Below are positions 1-10,010 of a DNA stretch of 38,867 nucleotides, in pieces. The notes beneath the pieces were generated by a model. It searched no databases. It was not told the DNA's origin and saw only the letters and a program-made list of their open reading frames with translations. The position numbers and the translations under genes were made by a program. The DNA comes from a virus. Lineage: Duplodnaviria > Caudoviricetes. Each line of letters opens with the position of its first letter. The first letter of the stretch is position 1. The DNA is taken from positions 1 to 38,867 of the IMG/VR virus record IMGVR_UViG_3300049982_000331, one strand, 5' to 3'.

Positions 1-1866
1 AGTAGTAAGAGTAACTTCTGTTACTATTCCACCTGCAACTGTTATCGTTGCTGTTGCCCCTGTTCCTGTTCCCCCTGTCAAGGCTTGCGCTGTATATGTT
101 CCGTTTGTACCACCTGTTCCACCAACAAGCCCGGTTAAAGTCATTGGCGTACCTACCTTACCTATAAAAGGGGTAAATATTATTCCTGGAGTAAATGTCG
201 GTGGTGGAGTAACAGTTACGGTCATTCCTTCCATCGCGTTATACATGATGACAGTTGTGTCATAACTAGCACCGCCAGCTATTGAAGGGTAATCAAAAGT
301 TGGCTTTCTGATCATCCTTCCCAAATAAGCCTCGTACATATAATCAGCCATAAGTCTGTGACCAACTGCATTAGGGTGAACACCGTCAGCAAGTAATGTA
401 CTTGGAGCTGCTGCACCGTCTAAAAAAGCGTGGTACAAGTCAACAAAAGGTATGTTTAGAACGCTGGCTATTTTTGCTACACGAACTGCATACAACTTAC
501 TTTTTATATCATTAATTGCTGTTGCGTAAGGAGGAGTACCTATTATGACCTTATGCCCACCGCCTACAAAACCTGATGTTACTGTAGATAGATTGTTATA
601 GTACGTATCGGCTAAAGATGCCGTTCCATTTGCTGCTGCATCGGTTGCTGCGGCTTCATCATTTGTCCCATAAACTATAGCTACCCCCGCACTAGGCATA
701 GTGACTAACGGAGAATATCTGCCAACAGCACTTTGAATACCGCTTGCTACAGTCGAAACCTTACTCGACCCTTGTGCATTATTTTGTGATCTTTGTCCGG
801 TTTTTATAGAAAAAATAGGAACCCACTGCTCTTGAGCAGAGGAAGAACCCGTTCCGGCTGTAATGCTATCCCCAAAAAATATCCACGGAGTTTTTTTCCA
901 TACATTTCTTGTAACTCGCATTAAATCCATAATAGCTAGATTCATATCCTGAGCCTGAGCCTGAGTAAGTTGAGAGCCGATAAACAAAAGCCCTAATGAA
1001 CCGTTAGCGTACTGCATTCCATTTCCACGCATTGACCTAAAGATGTTTATTTCCTCGGCCATTGCAGAAGTAAGGCTAGTTTGCGTTTGTTGGTATGTTC
1101 CATTTAAAAACCCTAAGTAACTGGATGTACCCCATGTTCCTACGGTTGCAGTTGTTTGATGACCAAAGGAATGTTGAATTGTAGCCGAGCCTATACCTAT
1201 ATTGCTCTCCCCATTACTTATGTAAATAGCATCTCCTGTGCCTGTAGCTGTGCCCAATATCCTACCGAAAGAGGTAGGTGTGGTTTCCCCTACACTTGCA
1301 TAACCGATAGATATATTTTTACTACTTAACCCTTGGTTATCAGGTATAAAAACAGTTCCAATATACTTTGTTGAATTTCCTGTAATTTGATAGCCTGTTT
1401 CTTCTGAGTAATCAGACGCAACAAAGTTGTTGAAAGTCCACGTTGTAGTGCTAATCAATTTAACTTTCGATGCCGCAAAATCTCCTATTGGAATCCATAA
1501 CTCTTTACCTAATTGATACCATCCCATAGACTTCCCTCTGGCAATAAAATTATCTAAATCATATAAGGTCTTTGCACCAATCTTACCACCAGCCGCTATC
1601 ACATTAGCTAAATATGCTTTTGTCTCAGCTTGAAATTGTGTATTAATAGCAGCAATTGCTGCCGTGTTTGTTCCAATTCTATTACTTAACGAAGATGTAT
1701 CGTTAACACCGCCGCTCCCCCTCGCTACCGAATTTGTTGCTAACGTATCGCCATTAGCAAGTATCACAGGCCCGCTTAATGAAATCTGGGCATTGTTTAG
1801 CTTGGTGGATTGCGCATTTACAAAAAACGGCAGGCAAAATAAAACGTGTAATAATATCCTTTTCAT
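1..1866 (-). CDS. Signal-peptide-bearing SGNH/GDSL hydrolase (esterase/deacetylase) in tail-fibre position; 3' end truncated; absent from ORF track
   Basis: Own translation: MKRILLHVLFCLPFFVNA|Q, then FFGDSITAG, YGTND and DGVHP SGNH blocks, then a Gly/Thr-rich C-terminal part; frame open to base 1. Alternative ATG at 1872. Confidence 0.88.
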   Translation of the reverse strand, partial: MKRILLHVLFCLPFFVNAQSTKLNNAQISLSGPVILANGDTLATNSVARGSGGVNDTSSLSNRIGTNTAAIAAINTQFQAETKAYLANVIAAGGKIGAKTLYDLDNFIARGKSMGWYQLGKELWIPIGDFAASKVKLISTTTWTFNNFVASDYSEETGYQITGNSTKYIGTVFIPDNQGLSSKNISIGYASVGETTPTSFGRILGTATGTGDAIYISNGESNIGIGSATIQHSFGHQTTATVGTWGTSSYLGFLNGTYQQTQTSLTSAMAEEINIFRSMRGNGMQYANGSLGLLFIGSQLTQAQAQDMNLAIMDLMRVTRNVWKKTPWIFFGDSITAGTGSSSAQEQWVPIFSIKTGQRSQNNAQGSSKVSTVASGIQSAVGRYSPLVTMPSAGVAIVYGTNDEAAATDAAANGTASLADTYYNNLSTVTSGFVGGGHKVIIGTPPYATAINDIKSKLYAVRVAKIASVLNIPFVDLYHAFLDGAAAPSTLLADGVHPNAVGHRLMADYMYEAYLGRMIRKPTFDYPSIAGGASYDTTVIMYNAMEGMTVTVTPPPTFTPGIIFTPFIGKVGTPMTLTGLVGGTGGTNGTYTAQALTGGTGTGATATITVAGGIVTEVTLTT

Positions 1867-1885
1867 GTTCATTATTTAATGTGGG

Positions 1886-4693
1886 CTAGAGTTTAAAGTA
1901 TGTACCTCGGACTTTGCTCCCAGTTGGGGGTGGAGAAATAAATGTTACTGTGGTTGTTCCTGCCGTATGTAGATAATCGTCAGTAATGTATATTTCCTGC
2001 CCATTCAAATGCATTTTTAATGTTCCTGTCTGTGGTATACTAGGAAGAGTAAAGACTGTATTAATACCATTAACTGTTCCTGTAAGCGTTATAGCATTTA
2101 TGTAATCTGCACTGTTTAATTTTAGAGATACGTCGTGAATAGTAGCAATAGTGTTAACTGTATCTATTTTTCCTGGCGATATTGATGTGAACGCACCCTT
2201 TAGTCCGGTTGCTGTGTCTATGTAAGCGTTTACGGCAATCGGAAAGAACTTCCATGTGCCACCTATTCTAAGTTCTATTCCGCTACTGTCTGGGTTGAAA
2301 CGCGCGTCCCTTATTTGTTTAAGCGTATCGGCAGTTACTTGTGATAAGGTTGTGAAATGATTGGGCGCAGTTGCGGGTATACCAGACACCTTAGCAACAA
2401 AAGATGCGTCTTGTGTAGTACCGTCTATGCTTAATGGAAAATTTCCGTTTGCAATATCGTAGATGCTCCATGATCGTGATGCCGCCCCTATTATTCCCAT
2501 GTAATACTTAGATACCCCGTTATCTCCGTCCAGGGTGATAAATCCACCTTCATTCGATGCGTTTTTACCTATCCTAATGTGCGAATAATTAATCCTTGTA
2601 TCTCCGTTTATTGTGACCGTCGCTCCGTCGTCTGTTATTATACCGTTTACAAGTCCGTTAGTTCCATATCGTGGGACCGCTCCATATGTTGGGCTTAATC
2701 CAAACTTTTGAGTAAGCTGAGATGCGGTAGAAAATGTGTCACTAACAGCCTGGTGGTACCATGAATACACATGGCTTCTGGCTTGATTTACTCCCGTGAA
2801 GTTGTTGTTTCTTAGCTGAATAGTTTGAGGACTATTCAATGTCAGGCTATTCATTAGCGCAAATGAAGCGGTTGTGTCAAAGCGTGTATTCGTGAAATTA
2901 TTATTTGATACTATTAGGTTTTTTGACCTGTTGTCATCAAATGAAAAAGTCATGAAATTTTGATAGGTTGATCCGCTCTTGTTCCCGGTGTTTACGAACG
3001 TGTTGTTGCTTATAGAGGAGTTATACAAATAACCGTAAATGGAAAAAGGAACATCATATACAGATCCGTTTACCACATAGTTTTGTACTGTGTTATCATG
3101 GAAATTGAGGTTATATACTGGCCCACCAAAAGCTATCAGAGATGTTTTTCCAAACCCATCTATTAACTTGTCACTTATCGTAACATTTTCAACGCCTCTT
3201 ACAAGCAGCATTCTTTCTGTGCTGCCTCTATGCGTATTTCCCGAGAACGTAAAACCTTTAGGACAATTTGCAGATAACAGCGTGTCACTTCTTAGGTTTC
3301 CTGTTACACCGTAAGAATAAGTGTTCGTGTTATTTTTAAAAATGTTATTACTGACAATGAAATTCTCGGGCCTTTGTGTTAATGAAGTGTTTAGCGCATA
3401 GGATACAACTCCAGTTCCCCCGCCTATACCGTCAAAGGTGTTTTGATCTATTACAATGTCTTTTAAAATTGACCAGTTATATTCTGGCTCTATATCAATT
3501 GCGCCTGGCATATCTGACCTTGTAGTGCGCTTTATTGTGTTGTTTTGAATTAAGATATTCTTGCCAGTGAAAATTGTAATCGCGTTTCTAGTGTCCCCAT
3601 TAATGCCGTCAAATTCGCAGTTAGTTATTTTTACATTCTCTACATAAGTTCTTCTGAAAAAACCTAGCGTTGCTGTGTCTACCTGAACACCTAAAGAAAC
3701 AGCATCGCCCCTGAAGCCGTAAAATTTACAAAAGTCTATTAATACATTGCTTCCACTACCTATATTTAATGAGATGCTCTCTGCGAAAAATGAGGGATTT
3801 TTAGCGACAAATCTTAAATTTCTAAAGGTGATGTTCTTGTATAATTGTGTCGCGCTGTCTACATCTGAAGAAGTGGGAGTATTGAAAATAAAACAGTTGT
3901 TTGTATCTGATATAATATTACTACCTTCTTCACCTAGATAAGTCATATCTGACTTTATTGGTATTCCGTCTACTTTTCGGGAGTTGTTTTGAAGCGTTGC
4001 CAGTCTTCCTTTTACAAGCCAATCCCCAGAGGGGAAAAATAATGTCCCACCCGCTGGCGTAGCATATACTGCTTTTTTAAAGAAGTTGTAATTATCTGTA
4101 ATTCCGTCCGCGACCGCTCCAAACCATTTAACGTTTACTGCCCCTGTAAAAACTCTTTCTAAATAATGCCCGTTTGCTGTATTAAGAACAGTCCCTGTAT
4201 TATCCGGATGAATGCCGTCGCTTGCACCCCTGTCTATCCAGGTACCGCCGCCGTAATCTGAAGTGTAATAGATGCGGCCTGTAACAGTGTTGATCAGTCG
4301 AAGGGAAGCAACAGTGTACGTTTTTGTATTATTGTCTACATAAATCTTTGTAGCCTTTTGCGTTGGAATCTTAAAATCACTGGCGCTTGTAAAATTTGTG
4401 TCTGTCGATATCTCAGCACCCACACCTCCTCCCCCACTGCTTCCTGCTTTTTTCCAATACCCCCCTGAGCCTGTAAAATAAAAGTCATCACCTATTGTTT
4501 TTATCTGCCCTGGTAGCTTAGAGGTTGTATCGCTCCCCCATCGTCCGTAAACTGGACCCACAAGATCCTTTGCAACACGAAAAGTACTGTATTGAAGTTT
4601 TGCGTTTGGATTGTTGGTAAACTTCGTTGTATCTAATTGCGCCGTTGCTGCGAAGGAAACAAGTAGCAACAATATTGTTGTTATCTTTTTCAT
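1886..4693 (-). CDS. Tailspike-like right-handed beta-helix (pectate-lyase-like) depolymerase with N-terminal signal peptide
   Basis: VNVKWFGAVADGITDN...GGTLFFPSG motif, Asn-rich parallel beta-helix repeats, AIDIEP; begins MKKITTILLLLVSFAATA|Q. Confidence 0.85.
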   Translation of the reverse strand: MKKITTILLLLVSFAATAQLDTTKFTNNPNAKLQYSTFRVAKDLVGPVYGRWGSDTTSKLPGQIKTIGDDFYFTGSGGYWKKAGSSGGGGVGAEISTDTNFTSASDFKIPTQKATKIYVDNNTKTYTVASLRLINTVTGRIYYTSDYGGGTWIDRGASDGIHPDNTGTVLNTANGHYLERVFTGAVNVKWFGAVADGITDNYNFFKKAVYATPAGGTLFFPSGDWLVKGRLATLQNNSRKVDGIPIKSDMTYLGEEGSNIISDTNNCFIFNTPTSSDVDSATQLYKNITFRNLRFVAKNPSFFAESISLNIGSGSNVLIDFCKFYGFRGDAVSLGVQVDTATLGFFRRTYVENVKITNCEFDGINGDTRNAITIFTGKNILIQNNTIKRTTRSDMPGAIDIEPEYNWSILKDIVIDQNTFDGIGGGTGVVSYALNTSLTQRPENFIVSNNIFKNNTNTYSYGVTGNLRSDTLLSANCPKGFTFSGNTHRGSTERMLLVRGVENVTISDKLIDGFGKTSLIAFGGPVYNLNFHDNTVQNYVVNGSVYDVPFSIYGYLYNSSISNNTFVNTGNKSGSTYQNFMTFSFDDNRSKNLIVSNNNFTNTRFDTTASFALMNSLTLNSPQTIQLRNNNFTGVNQARSHVYSWYHQAVSDTFSTASQLTQKFGLSPTYGAVPRYGTNGLVNGIITDDGATVTINGDTRINYSHIRIGKNASNEGGFITLDGDNGVSKYYMGIIGAASRSWSIYDIANGNFPLSIDGTTQDASFVAKVSGIPATAPNHFTTLSQVTADTLKQIRDARFNPDSSGIELRIGGTWKFFPIAVNAYIDTATGLKGAFTSISPGKIDTVNTIATIHDVSLKLNSADYINAITLTGTVNGINTVFTLPSIPQTGTLKMHLNGQEIYITDDYLHTAGTTTVTFISPPPTGSKVRGTYFKL

Positions 4694-5022
4694 ATTAGTG
4701 GCCTGTGTGTAATTTTTAATTTATCCCCTGCTTCCAAATCCTGATTAAAGGTGAAAGTGCCTGAAACGTTGTAGCTGTATTGATCATTCTCAGGAAATTC
4801 ATCCACGGGCTCTAATTCATACCGATTCAGCAAAACCTCTGTTATGTATTTGTTATTAAGGCCTGTGATAGTGATAGCGTTGCCCTCATCCCCCTCGGCT
4901 GTAAATCGCGATACTGTAACAGCTTGAGCCGCTATCATTGCAGCAAGTGCAGCAACCTCACCTACTGAGGCGCTTACCACAATTCGGGGGGTTAATATTT
5001 TTATTTTTTTACAATTAGGCAT
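4690..5022 (-). CDS. Small tail-associated beta-domain protein (possible adaptor)
   Basis: 110 aa, 4-bp overlap with next gene; C-terminal pattern FTA..G...V.LN...YS...GTFTF...L.AGD.L.I. Confidence 0.65.
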   Translation of the reverse strand: MPNCKKIKILTPRIVVSASVGEVAALAAMIAAQAVTVSRFTAEGDEGNAITITGLNNKYITEVLLNRYELEPVDEFPENDQYSYNVSGTFTFNQDLEAGDKLKITHRPLI

Positions 5023-5365
5023 CAGGTAATTTTCTGCTTGGGTGAATAATCAAAGGGCCTTGGCTTTCCACGTAACTTATCTCACTGTTGTAATCATTAA
5101 AAAGACCATAGAAATATTCACCAGGCGTTAATACGTTTTCAGTTTTCGTGATTGTCACAATCAACTCATTGCCATCTTTTACAAGCTTTGGCCCTTGAAC
5201 AACAGTGATCACGTCTTTTAGCCTTGCAGGATCTGAATAAATGACAAAAGAGTGCGTACCAACAAAATCATCAGGCGTTTCTTCACCTGTCTCTTCATCC
5301 ACCTCAAATTTCTCAAAGGGAATGCTGATTGTGTGGCCCTCATATGCGTCAAATGGTTCGTGCAT
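5015..5365 (-). CDS. Baseplate-upper (BppU-like) Ig-fold tail protein
   Basis: 116 aa beta-rich, VTITKTE..LTPGEYFY...QGPLII pattern; position in tail-tip module. Confidence 0.55.
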   Translation of the reverse strand: MHEPFDAYEGHTISIPFEKFEVDEETGEETPDDFVGTHSFVIYSDPARLKDVITVVQGPKLVKDGNELIVTITKTENVLTPGEYFYGLFNDYNSEISYVESQGPLIIHPSRKLPDA

Positions 5366-5772
5366 TAGCTTAATACCGGGTTTCCGTTTATTTGAATGTC
5401 TATTGAAAATGTGCTGAAATCCCCCGCCGCCCCTGTTCGTGATATGCCTGCGATATAAAAATCAAATGTTTCAGTGTACAGTGTTCCATCTTCTGCAGTT
5501 GCTACCACTGTCGCATCTTCAAACAATGTAAAATCTAAAGCTGCCTGTTTAAGCTCAGGGTATGTCCACTTTGCGGCATCGTTTAAAAACTGCACACCTT
5601 CAAAGCTTGCTGTATTGTTTGTCTTTTGAGGCTTAAACTCAGCTCCCGTACCGCTGCCAATTGTCGTTGTTTCAATAAATGAGATGGATGAGGTGTCGGA
5701 GTAGGTACGAATGCAGGCAACAGGTTTGCTGTTATGCATTAATACAACATTCTTACCCTTTACTACACCCAT
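5365..5772 (-). CDS. Second tail-tube-fold protein (TP901-1-like tail tube paralog)
   Basis: KGKNVVL...VAC......IETTT...FEG...YIAGISRTG...STFSIDIQING; start moved to ATG 5772 because the ORF-track start lies in the promoter. Confidence 0.7.
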   Translation of the reverse strand: MGVVKGKNVVLMHNSKPVACIRTYSDTSSISFIETTTIGSGTGAEFKPQKTNNTASFEGVQFLNDAAKWTYPELKQAALDFTLFEDATVVATAEDGTLYTETFDFYIAGISRTGAAGDFSTFSIDIQINGNPVLS

Positions 5773-5779
5773 AATGCAA

Positions 5780-5810
5780 TAAAGATAATAAAAAATGCAA
5801 CCTTGTTGCA
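5780..5810 (-). promoter_or_regulatory. Late-module promoter with palindromic operator (copy 1)
   Basis: Minus strand TGCAACAAGGTTGCA-N8-TATCTTTA. Confidence 0.75.
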
Positions 5811-5831
5811 AAAAGATGCAATAATGGGAAA

Positions 5832-8012
5832 TTATTTAGTATCGTATAGGTAATCAAACTTATACTCACTCGTAACCTCAACCTCACCTGTTCTGTGCAT
5901 CTCATGCAAGGTGCCTGTGCAACGGTTGTTGCTATAGTCTAACTCCATCTTTCCGGGCAGAAGCGTTAAAAGAGGGAAATCAGGATTGCCAAAATAGGTT
6001 ACAGGAGTTAAAATCTCATCAAGCCCACCGCCTAATAAATTACCATACAAATCTCCCTCAAACACGGTGCGCGGCTCACTTCTCCATTGTTTTACTTCTT
6101 TAGTGATTATCTCACCAAGTCTGTGAAGAATTATATCAGGCGTATAAGTGCCGCAATTTGTATTGTTACTTGTGATCTGGCAACCGGTTGTTACCACTGT
6201 TCCCGGTCTTGCACAAATAGGGGCCGGGTTGCCATCGCTGCCTATGCCATCAATAACTATGTCAGTGCCATCGCAGTACTTACCGCGAATGGTAAAAGGG
6301 TCAGTAGGTCCGAAAACTTGAAAAGTATGAAGCTTACATGACGCTGCTGGGGGCGTGGTTTGGTTCCATGAAGTTGTTCTTGTCTGAAGATCGCCCGTAA
6401 ATCCTGATAAAAACAGCGTACCTTTTATATTGTTTTTAGGGCTATCATCAATAGTTATATCAGTCTCATTATTGTTCTTAGTGCTGATGTTCTGTGTATT
6501 CGTGTGGGTTTGCCCTGTTATTTTCGTACTATCATTAATGTAAGTGTAATATCTAAAGTTGAATTCTTTCGCATAATAGTCGTTTCCTGCTACAGCGTTA
6601 CTAAGCGCATAACCGATTGTTAGAATACCATCAGCTGGTATTTGAATTGTTGGTTCTACCCCTACGCTAGATAAAGAGATGTTTGCCCAATCTGTTTTAT
6701 CATAGGCATTGCCCCGTTCTGAGCTCGGCGGAAATACCGATCCGCGCCCTGTCGTTGTCCATACAAGTACTCCTCCTAAGTCCGTAGTGGGCCTTGTTAA
6801 GTAATATGTTGTTGCGCCTGATACCAATTTTACAAAAAACCTTATGTGCTCTAACCCGCTATAGTTTGTTTCGGATCGATATGTAAAACCTGTATCAAAT
6901 CGATCTTTGGCGTTTACCTCTATTGGCGCGCTTTCAAAGACAACATCATTTGTATTGCCGGCGTCCGGGAAAACGATATAACGTTGTTTTTCTAGCTGCA
7001 GTGTAGCCTCTTCTTCGACCAATATGTATGGGGTAACATCGGGAATAGTAGGATCATAGTTGTGATAAACAAAGCCCGATAAGCCGTATGATTTTCTGGT
7101 AGTGTCTCCGATAGTCTGAGAGCCGATAAAGGGGCCGAGGTCTTTTAAATCCGCATTCTTTAGAATCGAAGTGAAGTTGAAGTCAAAAGTTTCTTTTACT
7201 ATTTTAAAAGGCCTGACAATTCTTTTATTGTAACCATAAGCCGGGTAAAGCGTTTTGTTTCTGCCAAAGAGCTGAGTATTGCTGAAAAAGCCGGTGCCTG
7301 TGAGGGTAAAGGTTGCACTATAATGAAAGACCTTTGGGGCTAACTCAAATGTTCTTTTTATTACCCATTTGCCACCAGCCTGAGTAATTGAGCATTGGAA
7401 GGTTGTCATTATCTGCTCAAGTACGCTGTAACAATTATCGTAAATGCGCCCTGATTTAAGGAACGTGCTTTTGTCTACAAGAGTTTGTTCAAAGAAAGGC
7501 GTGTTTGTATCCTGGCTATCTTCTTTCAGGTCTGCACAAATATCTACAGGAAGTAAAATGCCAGTGGCCGTTATGCATGCCTTTATAGCTTTAAACAAGG
7601 TTATCTTATCGGTCGTAACAGCTATCAAGGCAAGTGCAGCATCAAAAGTAAAATCCTTTAGCAGTCCTAAACCATCAGTGAAGGAAAGGCTAACCGGGTG
7701 AATTAAATCGTCAACATCTTCCTGGCAATCATCCTGCACCAAAAAACCGGAAAACAATAACTGAGAGCCATAAAACAAATCCCCTTTAAACTCATCATCA
7801 TTGTTAGCGTAAAAGTCTGTCAAAGGCACCCCTAGTATGTTTGCTGATAGGTTGCAGGCTTTAATTGGTGCAACAGGATCATCTTTATCCCAGCTCTGGT
7901 TAACCGCAGGATTTGCGGCCTGTAGGGTTGTTATTGAGCCAGCATAATCTTTTTGAGATATGCGAAGCTCTAGCGTTTTAAAAGGTATGCTATATTTTGT
8001 TGCGTATGCCAT
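5832..8012 (-). CDS. Tail tip / hub (distal tail-baseplate) protein
   Basis: 726 aa beta-rich protein directly after the tape measure; LSFTDGLGLLKD motif. Confidence 0.7.
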   Translation of the reverse strand: MAYATKYSIPFKTLELRISQKDYAGSITTLQAANPAVNQSWDKDDPVAPIKACNLSANILGVPLTDFYANNDDEFKGDLFYGSQLLFSGFLVQDDCQEDVDDLIHPVSLSFTDGLGLLKDFTFDAALALIAVTTDKITLFKAIKACITATGILLPVDICADLKEDSQDTNTPFFEQTLVDKSTFLKSGRIYDNCYSVLEQIMTTFQCSITQAGGKWVIKRTFELAPKVFHYSATFTLTGTGFFSNTQLFGRNKTLYPAYGYNKRIVRPFKIVKETFDFNFTSILKNADLKDLGPFIGSQTIGDTTRKSYGLSGFVYHNYDPTIPDVTPYILVEEEATLQLEKQRYIVFPDAGNTNDVVFESAPIEVNAKDRFDTGFTYRSETNYSGLEHIRFFVKLVSGATTYYLTRPTTDLGGVLVWTTTGRGSVFPPSSERGNAYDKTDWANISLSSVGVEPTIQIPADGILTIGYALSNAVAGNDYYAKEFNFRYYTYINDSTKITGQTHTNTQNISTKNNNETDITIDDSPKNNIKGTLFLSGFTGDLQTRTTSWNQTTPPAASCKLHTFQVFGPTDPFTIRGKYCDGTDIVIDGIGSDGNPAPICARPGTVVTTGCQITSNNTNCGTYTPDIILHRLGEIITKEVKQWRSEPRTVFEGDLYGNLLGGGLDEILTPVTYFGNPDFPLLTLLPGKMELDYSNNRCTGTLHEMHRTGEVEVTSEYKFDYLYDTK

Positions 8013-8014
8013 TA

Positions 8015-10006
8015 TTAGCCCCTTCTGTTTTGTTGGTTTTGCGCCCTGGTGAATGCAATTAGTAAATCAGTACCTCGCAATGATATTTCCGGGATAAATA
8101 CTTGTTGACCCCCACCTGCAATACTATTGAGCCTGTGGTTGGGTATAACGTCAGAGCCTTGAGGCAATCGGACCATTTCAGGGCCACGCTCTCCAACCAA
8201 TGCCACACCACCTCCAAAGCCTGTTACCCCGCCAGCAAACTTTGGTAAGGCTGATTGAATGAGAGATGAAAGCGCAATAATTCCTACACCGGCTATGACG
8301 GTACCAATACCCGGCGCAAGGTTAAATTTCTCTAAAGCTATTTTCGCGGTACCTAAAGCAATCATTGCCTGTCCTAATTGCTTCATGCCGCTGATAATAG
8401 TATCAAGCAAACCTTTAAAAGCCCCGCCAACATCGCCGCCACCGATTGCTGCCCCAATTGTTTCGCCTATGCTACCGATGCCGCTATCCAGTACTGTCTT
8501 TTGAATATCAAGACCAAGTTTTGTAAAATCCTCTTTTAGCTTTCTGGTTATTTCTGAAAGCACCCTGTCTGTATTGATTGTAGGTTTTAAGTCGATTGGA
8601 ATTTTGACTTCTGGCAGAATTTGTGTGCTCGGCCTTTCTGTTGTAAGCCCTTTTACGCTCTCTTTTATTTTCTCAGCTAATTGTATTTTTGCTTCCTCTG
8701 GGTTGATACTTAGTATCAGCTTTTGAATTATAGAGCTTCCTAATTCTGGTCCTGTTTTTAACTTTAAAATACTTTCAATCGCGGCTTTCGTCTTACTTAT
8801 TTTATCTATATCCTCCTCTTGAATATCAATAAGGCCGCGCGACCTTAACTGAGCATTAAGTGCAATTCCGTCATTTAATTCTTTTTGTATCGCAATTAAT
8901 CGCTTTGCGTCATTCTCAGCAGTTTTGTCAACCTTTACTTTGTCAGGTTTAAACAATCCTGTTGACTTAGATTGAAATTTAGCGGCCTCATCTATGAAAA
9001 ATCCTACCCCTTTTCGAGCCTCCGCTATTTTAGCATCAAATTCAGAGATTTGTTTACTTATGATGGGAAAGGAAATAACATCATTTCCAAACATCTTTAT
9101 ATCCTGATTGCTTACTTTTCTGAAAGCCTCAGTGCGTTGATTAACTAAATCATTTCTTTGCTTTTCGAGGTCAAGAACTTTGGCCAATCCGTCTTGCGCC
9201 TTACTGCTTGCCGCTTCTGCATAAGCTTTATTGTAAAGGGAGTTCGTTAATCGATCAATCTCAGTAGATACTTTACCGTTTAATATCGCCTCATCTTTAA
9301 GATTGCCTAAATAACCAGGATAAAGCTTTTGTAGTTGATCAACTGCTTCTTTACGTGAAGCATAAGAGTTTGAAGTATTTGTTGCAACTTTTAGAAAGAC
9401 CTGTAATTGTACAAGCTCTTTAGAAAGACTTTCATTAGCGCTGTCTTGTATCTCTTTTAATCTTTTTGTCCGTTCAGCAAGTTCATCAGCCGCTTTTGCA
9501 GACTTAAAAAATCCGTTTTGTGCCAAAACTGTTAAAAGCCCTGTAGCTACAGAAATTGCAAGGCCTATGCCTGCACCCCCCATTAATGATTGACCTAAGT
9601 TTTTTAATAGGGATGTACCTGTTGCTTTACTTTCAGCTTGCAATCGCTGTAGACTCTCCAATAAAGGGTTGATATTATTAGAAATACCAATGATCCCAAA
9701 AGGGGCATCTTGAGCAATACGACCAAAGTTCATAAGAGCGTTACCCGCTCTGTCTGTCCCCTGCTTTAAAGGTTCAAATGGGCTTTTACTTCCTGCCGAG
9801 GTAATCGCTTTTATTTTTGTCTGGGCTGCGTCTATCGCAGCATTTAATCGCAGTATAGATTTAGGGTCTGTTGATGAGGCAAGGGCTTGTTTAAATCGTG
9901 CAAGCTGGTCTTGAAAGTTTTGTAATGACTTGTTGCCATTTTTCATCCCTTCTAACAGGTCTGAAATGTCAGCCCCAACCCTTACTTTCAGCGCTTCAAC
10001 ACTCAT
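8015..10006 (-). CDS. Tail tape measure protein
   Basis: Ala/Gly/Leu-rich helical 663 aa; LKVRVGAD start, QDAPFG, C-terminal FAGG...LVGERGPE...VIPN; follows the chaperones. Confidence 0.9.
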   Translation of the reverse strand: MSVEALKVRVGADISDLLEGMKNGNKSLQNFQDQLARFKQALASSTDPKSILRLNAAIDAAQTKIKAITSAGSKSPFEPLKQGTDRAGNALMNFGRIAQDAPFGIIGISNNINPLLESLQRLQAESKATGTSLLKNLGQSLMGGAGIGLAISVATGLLTVLAQNGFFKSAKAADELAERTKRLKEIQDSANESLSKELVQLQVFLKVATNTSNSYASRKEAVDQLQKLYPGYLGNLKDEAILNGKVSTEIDRLTNSLYNKAYAEAASSKAQDGLAKVLDLEKQRNDLVNQRTEAFRKVSNQDIKMFGNDVISFPIISKQISEFDAKIAEARKGVGFFIDEAAKFQSKSTGLFKPDKVKVDKTAENDAKRLIAIQKELNDGIALNAQLRSRGLIDIQEEDIDKISKTKAAIESILKLKTGPELGSSIIQKLILSINPEEAKIQLAEKIKESVKGLTTERPSTQILPEVKIPIDLKPTINTDRVLSEITRKLKEDFTKLGLDIQKTVLDSGIGSIGETIGAAIGGGDVGGAFKGLLDTIISGMKQLGQAMIALGTAKIALEKFNLAPGIGTVIAGVGIIALSSLIQSALPKFAGGVTGFGGGVALVGERGPEMVRLPQGSDVIPNHRLNSIAGGGQQVFIPEISLRGTDLLIAFTRAQNQQNRRG

Positions 10007-10010
10007 CTAT

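Noticed and set aside
1886-2100. Possible type IX secretion C-terminal domain on the 935-aa protein
   Set aside because: Lacks YPNP or FTPNGDG/WDG motifs; fits a phage structural beta-domain better. An HMM search would settle it.
1-8012. Diversity-generating retroelement or invertible tail-fibre cassette
   Set aside because: No reverse transcriptase, invertase or TR/VR-like repeat pair noticed in the window.
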